Shown: in pieces, positions 8,584-16,818 of the stretch
Layout: each line of letters opens with the position of its first letter
Position numbering within the stretch: position 1 is the stretch's first letter
Assembly: GCA_038326785.1 (NCBI GenBank)
Contig: JBBQKK010000001.1
Coordinates: 19,813-83,812, forward strand
Direction: 5' to 3'
Source: Candidatus Saccharimonadales bacterium
Lineage (GTDB): Bacteria > Patescibacteriota > Saccharimonadia > Saccharimonadales > JBBQKK01
DNA length: 64,000 bases
Translations under genes and position numbers: made by a program
The notes under the pieces: generated by a model
Seen by the model: the letters and a program-made list of their open reading frames with translations, nothing else
Told to the model about the DNA's origin: nothing
Databases searched by the model: none

Positions 8584-8607
8584 CACGTAAGGAGAATTCC
8601 TTACGTG
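8584..8607 (+). repeat. perfect 10-bp inverted repeat between the two + strand unknown ORFs
   Basis: cacgtaagga-gaat-tccttacgtg. No T-run on either side, so it is not a canonical terminator. Confidence 0.6.
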
Positions 8608-8740
8608 AGCTTGAGCGATCAAGCAGTGTGACGTTGTCACCATCCGGCCGCCTAAAGAGTGGAATTAGTGGTTGAGTAATGTGCTCTCATTTTTTACCCC
8701 AATGCCCTCACCATCTCCTCCAGATTTTTACTTACTTGTA

Positions 8741-9259
8741 ATGTCAAAAGAAAGGCGTAGACTTATCTACGGAATATTTATGAGAGTGGAAGATAACCGA
8801 AAACAGTTTGAAGCCGAGTTAGAGCAAGCGGCAAATACAGCTAGGGCACTTAATGCCCGCTGGGAAAATGAGCCTGATCAGGTCGCATTTGAAATGGCCC
8901 AAGGGAAATTAGAAAAACTTGAAGAGTTTATATATGGATACAGTGATTCATTCAATGCGTATTATGTAATGGAAGAGCCCTGCCATAAGCTCATGAATGA
9001 TCATTTCATTGACGGCCTCCATAAACTTTCATCTGAGTATGGTTTTGAGCCAATCGATTTAGAAGGTCTTGGCGATGAGCCGATTGCAGCATTAGATACG
9101 GGCTTTGCCCTTCTACAAATTAGTTGTACTACTTATGAGGACGGCAGGATTAGCGGTGTGCTTTATCGCGGAATAAATCGCCCTGAACAGGAACGATATA
9201 CTTACGACCCATCTGGCGCTCTAGGATCTGCTGCCGTTGGCGCCGCAATCAGCGCCTGA
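8741..9259 (+). CDS. hypothetical protein (start uncertain)
   Basis: The open frame runs 8672..9259 (195 aa from TTG). Candidate starts are TTG 8672, ATG 8702, ATG 8741 (MSKERRR...) and ATG 8780 (MRVEDNRK...), and none has a clear Shine-Dalgarno sequence. Helical N-terminal part and a small hydrophobic C-terminal tail GALGSAAVGAAISA. No family recognised. Confidence 0.45.
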   Translation: MSKERRRLIYGIFMRVEDNRKQFEAELEQAANTARALNARWENEPDQVAFEMAQGKLEKLEEFIYGYSDSFNAYYVMEEPCHKLMNDHFIDGLHKLSSEYGFEPIDLEGLGDEPIAALDTGFALLQISCTTYEDGRISGVLYRGINRPEQERYTYDPSGALGSAAVGAAISA

Positions 9260-9263
9260 TAGT

Positions 9264-11597
9264 TTAAGATAACTGTTGCAGTTTGAATTGTGTCGCACGC
9301 TCTGCTGCGAGCCTAGTAAGCTCTGCATCCTCACCTTGGTTAACGAATTTCATTGCCTCAGCCAGCATAGGGTGCTTCTCGGCAAGCGTATTGTGCATCT
9401 CAAGAACTAGTTTCCGATAACCAGGGTGACCCTGTGGGCTGGTGCGTAGTTCGTGGAAATGAAATGCTTCGCGTGCATTGTATGTAACTTTCCAACGCAT
9501 TCTATGACCCAATAAAGTAGCATATTGGGCTTCAAGTGCATAACCTGCTGCCTGCAACATGCTGTAAAGCTTCAGGCTTAGATCAAAGCATGCTTCAAAT
9601 TCATCGGTTAGGCCTGCGTCCTCGACGAGTTGCGGAACTTCGTATCCATAGCGAGGAGTAAGTAATTGCCATTCCAGATCGTCAACAATGCGATGCCGCT
9701 GCAAATCACGGAATATGCCGTAGTCGCATACAAGATCCCAGCTATAATGTGCCTTCTCTAGTGCACGCCCTGGCTTGTGACGACGATTTAGCCGTTCCCC
9801 CATATAAGCGTCGAAAACTTCTATCTTCCTATCTACCGGCCATGCTGATACTTCTTCGCGTAGCTGATTTAGTGGAAGGCTGCTGTGTTCGTATAGCATG
9901 TCTGGTACTAAATCTAATTCGTTACGAGGCCAAATATCGGTCAGTTGCACAGCCGTTGTTTCGGCTGCGTGGTTGTCTGGAAGTAATTCTGTAGCTAGAT
10001 CCTTTACGGCCTTATGTGTGTTTGCTCGGTATGCAATTGTGGCGCCACCACGATCAGGCTTGTCGGCTCGCTCCAGGAATGTCGGAATTACTTTGCGTGC
10101 TTCAGTTAGCAGTTTCTGTCCTGTTTCCCTCGCCTCTAGCATCTCGTCCCCAAGCAGATGCATGATAAGGCTTTCTAACGCTTGCCCGGAAGCATAAATA
10201 CCTACAGTAGATTTAGTAGATACTGGAAGCACAGGGCGAATTGCGTCACAGGCTTGGGCGCGAGTTGCACCTTGCCAAGCTATGTCTTGCTCGTCTTTTG
10301 GTACGCCTGAGTTTGCACGTACATGATCAGTTAGCTTATGTACCATGTCTGAATAAAGATCAAAAATCCGATCCATAGCTTCGCGATAAACTTGCTTGGT
10401 TTTTTTATCTAAATTATCAGGAGTAAAGTACTTATAATTGCCGTTTGCGTCCTTTTGGTCAAAGTATATGTACCTTGTCGATTGCTCCAGGTATGAAGCA
10501 AGCCTGCCCCATTCAAGTTTCTTGGTAAGCAAATTGGACGCTCCTTCTACTACCACGTGCTGACCGACGAGTTGCTGCACGGAGTCATCACCATATGCGG
10601 TGATTACGCGCTGGAGTAACTTTTCGTCCTTGCCGGCGGCAGCAGCAAATTCATCAAGTATGGTGATGCGCATGTCATCGCCACGGCGACTCAGTCGTGC
10701 CATTGCCGCGGCTATGGTCAATGGACTCAGCTTCTCAGTAAACGCATAAACATTGTCTTCTGATTCTGTGACAGATTCGTCTAAAAACTTTTTGCCTTCT
10801 TTAGTAATCTTGTAGCCTTTGTCTGTCTTTGTAACATAGGGGTTACTGGGTGTAGTGGGACTGGTGGAGGTTACTTTGCTCATGGCGACTTTTGACTCCT
10901 GCTTAGCTGGTAAAAGTGGTTCTACTAATTTCCATAAATGATCCTGAACAGTATCAATGCTCATGAGTTTGTCAGATCTAACGCAGTCAATGCGCATGAA
11001 ATCTTTTGGAAACAAATGACAGAGATCGTCATATACCTGAACCGAACGAGTAAGATGGCTAAGGTCTGCTTCGTGTATATCGCGTTTTTTGTCTGTATAT
11101 GACCGCTGTTCTTTTTGGTCTACAAGTGATTGGGCGATATCGGCGGGTACACGTAAAACAAATGACTTATCTGGCCTTGGAATGCCCAGCATCACAAATT
11201 CCAGATTATCGAGCCAGATGAAATATCCTCGTCGCTCTTCGGCGTTGTCGAATTTTGTCCCCTGATGAGCCATATTGGAACCAGTGAAACGATTAGCAAG
11301 GACGACTTTTCCCTCTGCTAACGCTTGTCGAATGCCAGCAGCTGCTTCATATCGATCTAGTGCATAAAATAGCGACCCCGTATATGGGCCGACGTCTTCT
11401 GCTGTACCGTATTTGCCGTTTAGGTATTCCCGCACAAAATAGCTGGATTCTTTGTCGTATTGAGGGAAATCAAATGTGGCGACGTCGTACCCGTCTCGAC
11501 GCAAACGTTCCTCAAGGAGTTTAAACTGCGTTCCCTTGCCTGACCCATCCGTTCCTTCTATGACAAGGAAAGTTCCTGGTCGTGTTTCTGGTGTCAT
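9264..11597 (-). CDS. fusion protein: thymidylate kinase (N-terminal) plus tandem ThyX-type FAD-dependent thymidylate synthase (C-terminal)
   Basis: 777 aa. The Tmk part has LVIEGTDGSGKGTQ and LDRY. The C-terminal ~540 aa has two ThyX-like halves. The first is degenerate (ARLSRRG..., LEWGRLASYLEQSTRY). The second has full motifs (FRDLQRHR...TPRY, NAREAFHFHELRTSPQGHPGYR). Confidence 0.8.
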   Translation of the reverse strand: MTPETRPGTFLVIEGTDGSGKGTQFKLLEERLRRDGYDVATFDFPQYDKESSYFVREYLNGKYGTAEDVGPYTGSLFYALDRYEAAAGIRQALAEGKVVLANRFTGSNMAHQGTKFDNAEERRGYFIWLDNLEFVMLGIPRPDKSFVLRVPADIAQSLVDQKEQRSYTDKKRDIHEADLSHLTRSVQVYDDLCHLFPKDFMRIDCVRSDKLMSIDTVQDHLWKLVEPLLPAKQESKVAMSKVTSTSPTTPSNPYVTKTDKGYKITKEGKKFLDESVTESEDNVYAFTEKLSPLTIAAAMARLSRRGDDMRITILDEFAAAAGKDEKLLQRVITAYGDDSVQQLVGQHVVVEGASNLLTKKLEWGRLASYLEQSTRYIYFDQKDANGNYKYFTPDNLDKKTKQVYREAMDRIFDLYSDMVHKLTDHVRANSGVPKDEQDIAWQGATRAQACDAIRPVLPVSTKSTVGIYASGQALESLIMHLLGDEMLEARETGQKLLTEARKVIPTFLERADKPDRGGATIAYRANTHKAVKDLATELLPDNHAAETTAVQLTDIWPRNELDLVPDMLYEHSSLPLNQLREEVSAWPVDRKIEVFDAYMGERLNRRHKPGRALEKAHYSWDLVCDYGIFRDLQRHRIVDDLEWQLLTPRYGYEVPQLVEDAGLTDEFEACFDLSLKLYSMLQAAGYALEAQYATLLGHRMRWKVTYNAREAFHFHELRTSPQGHPGYRKLVLEMHNTLAEKHPMLAEAMKFVNQGEDAELTRLAAERATQFKLQQLS

Positions 11598-12298
11598 ACG
11601 GCTTTTAAACCTTCGATCTCCACCGGTTTACGTCTTTTATCCTTATAGGCTCTCGGCAACATTTGTTCGGGTGTCCAGTTTTCTATCAAAGACTGTAGAT
11701 CATCCGCGGTTCCTGGCTGATATTTGCCACTCAGCTTCTTATATTCCTGATCAACCGGGCCAGTTTCATAGAACACTATCTGAGCGATGCGTTCTCCTAC
11801 AGGCAACACCATACTTTCGTGCTGGTTCATGTTGTAAATCTCCATAGTCCAGCGGTTGATGTAGCCGGGATCCCCCCAGCCTGCATCTAGGCAAACTGCC
11901 ACCCCGTTTCGTCCCCAGGTGCTGCGCGCCTGCATGGTACTCGTGCCGGGTGCCTTGATGCCGATGAATTCATGGGTATGCGCAAGGATACGTTCACCAG
12001 GACGCAGAACTATAATTGGATGGTCTGCGGGAATGTTTTCAAATAATTTGCGGCCGTGGCGATCAGCCCATTCAGAATGAACTTCGGCTTGTAATGCACC
12101 GCTGAAATATTCACTGACAGCTTCTTCATCGAAAGGATTATAAAAACTGCCTTCCCGGGTTCTTTCGGTTCGGTAATACCAGTTACCTAATGTAACGTCG
12201 ACACTGCTTCCAGCAATGTGTTCTTCTGTGTAGGGATGGAAAACAATATGGCCATCTTTTATGGCCTGCTTGATCTGTGTGTTGCTATAGACCCCCAA
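11594..12298 (-). CDS. dcd: dCTP deaminase family protein (dUTPase superfamily)
   Basis: 234 aa, TTG start preceded by AGGAGG. Motifs GSSVDVTLG, ARSTWGRNG and DAGWGDPGYINRWTMEI. Its TGA stop overlaps the ATG of the tmk::thyX gene (ATGA at 11594-11597). Confidence 0.8.
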   Translation of the reverse strand: MGVYSNTQIKQAIKDGHIVFHPYTEEHIAGSSVDVTLGNWYYRTERTREGSFYNPFDEEAVSEYFSGALQAEVHSEWADRHGRKLFENIPADHPIIVLRPGERILAHTHEFIGIKAPGTSTMQARSTWGRNGVAVCLDAGWGDPGYINRWTMEIYNMNQHESMVLPVGERIAQIVFYETGPVDQEYKKLSGKYQPGTADDLQSLIENWTPEQMLPRAYKDKRRKPVEIEGLKAV

Positions 12299-12452
12299 GG
12301 TAACCTCCTGAATTTATATACATTGTACGAGACGTCAAATAGATGACGCAAGCACGAGCACAATATTACTACGTTGCATTAACTATTTATTTCTCGCTCG
12401 CGTGTACACTTAAGTTTAAAATAAACCCTAGAATACGGTGACAACTTCTCTG

Positions 12453-13211
12453 TTAAGTTTCGTGGCCGGTCTGGTATAGGTGTTGGATATTGCCGTCTTT
12501 GATGTCTTGTAGTAAAGTTGGCGCAAATTTGTACACAGCCTCTACTCCACCGTCACACATAATTGTGCAGTCGACTTTTATGTTTTCGCGTTCGCGCTCG
12601 GTGGGGTCTAGCATATCATTTTGTAAGTGTCCTGGTCGGTATACCTTGACCACTATCCCGCCAGCTTTACGTAGTATTGTGGCGTCTGATGGAAACCGTA
12701 AACCACCTACTATCACTAGTTCTGCCCCCCGCTGTTGCTCATGCTTAATTCTACGTACTAGCTCATCGTACCAGAGGCCTGGATTTACTTTCTTGACAAG
12801 GTAACCACCAAGCCATTGCAGGAACGGCCTATAGGATTCCTTATTATCTTTATCTATATTCTGACGGGCCAACTTGGGCTGGCGCTGGAGGTTTTCGACG
12901 TGCAGAATGAGCTTTTGATATTCAACGGGATGCAACTCGACATCTTCAGGATCAATTTTTATCTGTTCAAATGTACAGTGGGTATGTGCTAGCTCAAGTA
13001 AAATTGCGGGTAAACTTTTTAGCCAGTTATTTAGAGCGTCCACGTCGTAGGGATCTGGAATAGTAGTCAGGCACGCGTGCATGGCGTCAGCCACTTCAGC
13101 GATTACCAGACTGGATTCAAAGTGTACGGTTGATGGGACTAGTCTGGCAAGTGCGTCGGCAAGCGTTGTCTTGCCATGACCGATAGGCCCGGTCATTCCT
13201 AATAAAATCAT
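12453..13211 (-). CDS. P-loop nucleotide/nucleoside kinase-like protein
   Basis: 252 aa. Walker A GMTGPIGHGKTT, and a later VIVGGLRFPSDATILRKAGGIVVKVYRP block resembling dNMP-kinase or dephospho-CoA-kinase-like folds. The substrate is unknown. Confidence 0.55.
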   Translation of the reverse strand: MILLGMTGPIGHGKTTLADALARLVPSTVHFESSLVIAEVADAMHACLTTIPDPYDVDALNNWLKSLPAILLELAHTHCTFEQIKIDPEDVELHPVEYQKLILHVENLQRQPKLARQNIDKDNKESYRPFLQWLGGYLVKKVNPGLWYDELVRRIKHEQQRGAELVIVGGLRFPSDATILRKAGGIVVKVYRPGHLQNDMLDPTERERENIKVDCTIMCDGGVEAVYKFAPTLLQDIKDGNIQHLYQTGHET

Positions 13212-13235
13212 AAGCGTAGTTTAGCAGATAAAACT

Positions 13236-13266
13236 GAAAACAGCCCGAAAGTCGGGCTGTTTTTAT
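13236..13266 (-). terminator. intrinsic terminator after rplA (bidirectional shape)
   Basis: 9-bp stem acagcccga/tcgggctgt (13240-13248 / 13252-13260) with a 3-nt loop. T-runs follow it on both strands. Confidence 0.7.
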
Positions 13267-13283
13267 TGCTGTTTCTAGAAACT

Positions 13284-14246
13284 CTAGATTTCGCTATTTT
13301 CTACACGGATAGATGGACCCATGCTGGTAGTTACGTAAACTGCCTTTACGTACGTACCCTTGATGCTTGCTGGTTTGTTAGACTTGATGCTTGCAAACAA
13401 AGCGCGAACGTTTTTTTCGAGCTTGTCAGCACCAAAGCTTACTTTGCCTACGCCTGCATGAACAATACCAGTGCTGTCTACGCGGTATTCAAGACGTCCG
13501 GCCTTGGCTTCGGTAACAGCTTTAGTTACATCGCTAGTTACAGTACCGCTTTTAGGATTTGGCATTAATCCCTTTGGACCAAGTACTCGAGCGAATTTAC
13601 CAAGTTTTGCCATCATTGCTGGAGTTGCAATCAAGATGTCAAAATCTATCGTGCCCTTCTCTAGCTGCTGCAGGAACTCTTCACCTGCTGCAATGTCTGC
13701 ACCAGCCTTCTTGGCCGCTGCAACGTCGTCAACGTCCGCAAATACTGCTACACGTACAGTTTTTCCTGTGCCGCCTGGCAAAACAATTGTGTCACGAAGA
13801 TTCTGGTCGGCATGACGAGGATCTACGCCTAAGTTGATGTGAACTTCAACAGTTGCATCAAACTTGACTGGATTAGTCTTCACGGCCAATGCTAGTGCTT
13901 CTGGTAGGGCATATACCTTAGTCTTGTCGACTTCAGTTGCTACCTTGCGATAGTTTTTACCCTTGCGCTCTGCTTTTGAGCGAGTTTTTGGCAAAAGCTT
14001 AGGCTTTGGCGCTTCGTCGGCGTCAGCCTTAGTTTCCTTGCGCTCTTCTTTGGCTTGCTTTTCTTCTGCTTCAGCAAGTGATTTTGCACTTCTTTTGCCG
14101 GCTTTAGCGACTTTTTCGGTAGTTTGCTTTTCTTCCACCACTTCAGCTTGCTGTTCTGTAATTACATCTTTTTCAGGTGTAACTGGTGTTTCTACGACTT
14201 CAGGTTTTTTTACTGCCTTTGCAGTTTTCTTCTTGGCTTCTGCCAT
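13284..14246 (-). CDS. rplA: 50S ribosomal protein L1 with a ~90-aa Lys/Glu/Ala-rich N-terminal extension
   Basis: 320 aa. The core from about aa 95 onward (GKNYRKVATEVDKTKVYALPEALALAV...FDATVEVHINLGVDPRHADQNLR...VAVFA) is typical L1. The N-terminal region is low complexity. Confidence 0.92.
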   Translation of the reverse strand: MAEAKKKTAKAVKKPEVVETPVTPEKDVITEQQAEVVEEKQTTEKVAKAGKRSAKSLAEAEEKQAKEERKETKADADEAPKPKLLPKTRSKAERKGKNYRKVATEVDKTKVYALPEALALAVKTNPVKFDATVEVHINLGVDPRHADQNLRDTIVLPGGTGKTVRVAVFADVDDVAAAKKAGADIAAGEEFLQQLEKGTIDFDILIATPAMMAKLGKFARVLGPKGLMPNPKSGTVTSDVTKAVTEAKAGRLEYRVDSTGIVHAGVGKVSFGADKLEKNVRALFASIKSNKPASIKGTYVKAVYVTTSMGPSIRVENSEI

Positions 14247-14299
14247 GATGATTCTCCTTAGTGGTTATAGCGGCAACAATGCCTCCCACAATTAATTAT

Positions 14300-14602
14300 T
14301 TAATCGATGTCACCGATTTCAATCGGATCAATTTCAACTTCTGGTAACAGCATGTTTCCATTTAGTCCCGCTAGCGCGTGTATGGCGTTAAGGAAAATAG
14401 TTCGTCGTTCAGGCTGTAGTTTATTGATAATATTCCGTGCATTCACTTCCTCGTCATTTCGATTGATTGATGCAATTCGTAGTTCTTTTTCAGCTCTACG
14501 TAGTGATGCAATTGCTTGCTCTGCGGCTCTGAGATCTCGGGTTAACGCCATGTCTCTCGCGTCCGGACTCCAGTTGGTGGCGTCTTCAGTGTTAAACGGC
14601 AT
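14300..14602 (-). CDS. hypothetical protein inserted between rplK and rplA
   Basis: 100 aa. The ATG lies 3 nt after the rplK stop, with GAGG 8 nt upstream. No family recognised. The overlapping + strand 138-aa ORF runs into rplK and is rejected. Confidence 0.5.
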   Translation of the reverse strand: MPFNTEDATNWSPDARDMALTRDLRAAEQAIASLRRAEKELRIASINRNDEEVNARNIINKLQPERRTIFLNAIHALAGLNGNMLLPEVEIDPIEIGDID

Positions 14603-14605
14603 TAT

Positions 14606-15034
14606 TTATGCCTCGACTTCGACACCCATCGAACGAGCGGTGCCGGCTACCATTTTCATAACGGCTTCGACATCGTCAGTATTCATGTCCTTTGCCTTTT
14701 CTTCGGCAATTTCACGAAGCTGAGTCTGAGAAAGCTTTTTAGCAATTTTCTCGGTATTTGGCTTGCCAGAACCCTTCTGGATTCCCAGAACCTTTCGGAT
14801 TCGGTCGTCAGTAGGGCTACTAACAAATCGCCAGTTCATAGTACGATCTTCGTAAATAGTAATGTGAACAGTTAATTCCTGTCCCATGTGATCTTTTGTT
14901 GCGTCATTGAATGGACCAATAAAGTCCATCATATTAACGCCGTGCTGACCAAGGGTGCTACCTACTGGAGGCGCTGCCGATGCTTGGCCGCCTTTGATCT
15001 TCATTTTTAAATTAGCTTTTACAGCTTTTGCCAT
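14606..15034 (-). CDS. rplK: 50S ribosomal protein L11
   Basis: 142 aa: KMKIKGGQASAAPPVGSTLGQHGVNMMDFIGPFN... Confidence 0.95.
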   Translation of the reverse strand: MAKAVKANLKMKIKGGQASAAPPVGSTLGQHGVNMMDFIGPFNDATKDHMGQELTVHITIYEDRTMNWRFVSSPTDDRIRKVLGIQKGSGKPNTEKIAKKLSQTQLREIAEEKAKDMNTDDVEAVMKMVAGTARSMGVEVEA

Positions 15035-15111
15035 GAGTATTTCCTTTCGAACTACTAGCCTTAAATGACGTTCGTTCTCCTTCCGTTAATATAGAAGTGC
15101 GTAACCGGGAG

Positions 15112-15140
15112 ATTATACTACCAAAACACTTAAATGTCTA
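15112..15140 (-). promoter_or_regulatory. sigma-70-type promoter for rplK-orf100-rplA
   Basis: Minus strand reads TAGACA (15140-15135), a 17-nt spacer, then TATAAT (15117-15112). The -35 overlaps the stop codon of the sigma-factor gene. Confidence 0.6.
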
Positions 15141-16193
15141 GTGATCCAGTTCTGCGCTGGTTGTCCTTTCAAGGACCTCCCGAATTCGCTTGATAGATTT
15201 TCTGTAGCGATAGTGAGCCCAGCCCCGCGGTTTCTGAAAATGATCCGTAATTTGCTGGAAAGTAGCCGGGATCCCGGTATCAATTCCAAAATGAAGACGT
15301 ATAACTTCGGCATCTTGTTCGGGTAGTAAATTCAGCAAGTTTATTATCCGCTTGGTCTCCATGCTATTTATGACTTCGGCTTCTACATTTTCACGAGGAT
15401 CGTGTATGGTGCTTTTCAAGTCTTTATCATTATCTTCGGTCATAGGTTTATCTAGAGACAATGGTGAAACAGCTGCAGCAACCATCCATAGATCAGAGCT
15501 CTCCATTATCGTCTCGTCGTCCATCCCGTCGTTCATCGCTGCTCTAAGCTCAAGCTCCCTTCCCGCTGGAATTCTTACTAGCCGAGCACGCTGTTCTACT
15601 GCTCTTTGCATGGACTGATATATCCAGTTATAGGCGTATGTAGAAAATTTGAAACCCTGGTTCCAGTCAAACTTTTCTACGGCTCGGTGTAGACCAAAAG
15701 TACCTTCTTGAATCAAGTCCAGCCTGCTCATACCTGACGACTGAGGAAATTTTTTTGATATGGCCATCACAAGCCTAAGGTTTGTTAGGATGAACAATTC
15801 TTTAGCTTCTACGCCTTGGTTTATGGTTCGGCTAAGGGTTCTATGGTCTCGAGCTATCCACTCTTGGTCGTCTTGCAGTAGACCTGCGACCATTTTTGAT
15901 TTCTCTATTGCCTTTGCGAGTGCTACCTCTTCATTTTTGTCGAGCAGAGGATACCGGGCAGCATCCCTGATGAATAGCCCAAGGTCGTCTGGCTGCTGGA
16001 CGGTGGTTTCGGCCGGCTTTATACGCGCGCGTATTTTCTGCATAGTAAATGCATCTGCATCCAGATCTTCTTCGGAAATATATCCGTTTTCTAGTTGTCC
16101 CCTGAGGCCATTTATAGCCAGGCTGCCTGCTGGCTCTGTTGGTTTCGGCCAATCACGTTCTGTGTCAGAAAATTGATCCATAGGTATAGCCAT
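15138..16193 (-). CDS. RNA polymerase sigma-70 family factor (regions 1.2, 2, 3 and 4 present)
   Basis: 351 aa. IRDAARYPLLDKNEEVALAK (region 1.2/2.1), LIQEGTFGLHRAVEKFDWNQGFKFSTYAYNWIYQSMQRAV (2.2-2.4), VRIPAGR (3.0), and region 4 LPEQDAEVIRLHFG...TFQQITDHF. Confidence 0.88.
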   Translation of the reverse strand: MAIPMDQFSDTERDWPKPTEPAGSLAINGLRGQLENGYISEEDLDADAFTMQKIRARIKPAETTVQQPDDLGLFIRDAARYPLLDKNEEVALAKAIEKSKMVAGLLQDDQEWIARDHRTLSRTINQGVEAKELFILTNLRLVMAISKKFPQSSGMSRLDLIQEGTFGLHRAVEKFDWNQGFKFSTYAYNWIYQSMQRAVEQRARLVRIPAGRELELRAAMNDGMDDETIMESSDLWMVAAAVSPLSLDKPMTEDNDKDLKSTIHDPRENVEAEVINSMETKRIINLLNLLPEQDAEVIRLHFGIDTGIPATFQQITDHFQKPRGWAHYRYRKSIKRIREVLERTTSAELDH

Positions 16194-16252
16194 ATAAAAT
16201 TAGTTTAGCGAAATAAGTATTAATAAAATGCGAAGAATATCGCAGTTTATTG

Positions 16253-16795
16253 CTAAACCCGTTTTACTTGTAGGCTGTCGAGTTCTACAGGTGTTTCACG
16301 GCCAAACATGTTGACGAGTACTTTTAACTTGCCCTTTTGTGGGTCGATCTCGTTAATCGTGCCATCAAATCCCTTGAATGGACCGTCAGTTATATTGACT
16401 ACTTCGCCAATATTAAAGTCAATCTTGTGCTTAGGTTCTTCACGGCCCATGCGCTTCATGATCTTTTCCATTTCATCATGTGCAATAGGCGTTGGCTCTG
16501 TGCCGCTACCAACGAATCCTGTTACAGATGGAGTATTGCGTACGATGTACCATACATCTTCAGACATCTTCATCTGGACCATGACGTAACCCTGGAAGAT
16601 ACGCTTTTCTACAACTTTACGTTTGCCGTTTTTTACTTCAATCATTTTCTCTTTAGGAACAAGTACCTGAAAAATCTTGTCGCGCATATCTAATGAATCT
16701 GCTCGCTGTCGAATTGATTCGGCAACCTTTTCCTCGTATCCACTATATGTGTGTATGGCGTACCATTGTTTGCTAGTATCGTAACGTTTGCTCAT
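16253..16795 (-). CDS. nusG: transcription termination/antitermination factor NusG
   Basis: 180 aa. WYAIHTYSGYEEKV (NGN domain) and KOW motif GEVVNITDGPFKGFDGTINEIDPQKGKLKVLV. Confidence 0.93.
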   Translation of the reverse strand: MSKRYDTSKQWYAIHTYSGYEEKVAESIRQRADSLDMRDKIFQVLVPKEKMIEVKNGKRKVVEKRIFQGYVMVQMKMSEDVWYIVRNTPSVTGFVGSGTEPTPIAHDEMEKIMKRMGREEPKHKIDFNIGEVVNITDGPFKGFDGTINEIDPQKGKLKVLVNMFGRETPVELDSLQVKRV

Positions 16796-16818
16796 ATGCT
16801 AATTCCTTTCAGCGGTGG

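Noticed and set aside
8389-8643. 84-aa minus-strand ORF from the track.
   Set aside because: It has no ribosome-binding site and an implausible Cys/His/Leu-rich sequence. It is antisense to a + strand 59-codon ORF that has a GGAGGAG Shine-Dalgarno sequence. I treat it as a shadow ORF.
11594-11597. Alternative genetic code with UGA recoded, as in some candidate phyla.
   Set aside because: UGA terminates dcd (ATGA overlap with tmk::thyX) and the GT4 gene (ATGA at 23047-23050), with sensible protein ends. All conserved genes are intact under code 11.
14307-14723. 138-aa + strand ORF overlapping orf100 and rplK.
   Set aside because: It runs antisense into the rplK coding sequence, and its Ser-rich composition marks it as a shadow ORF.
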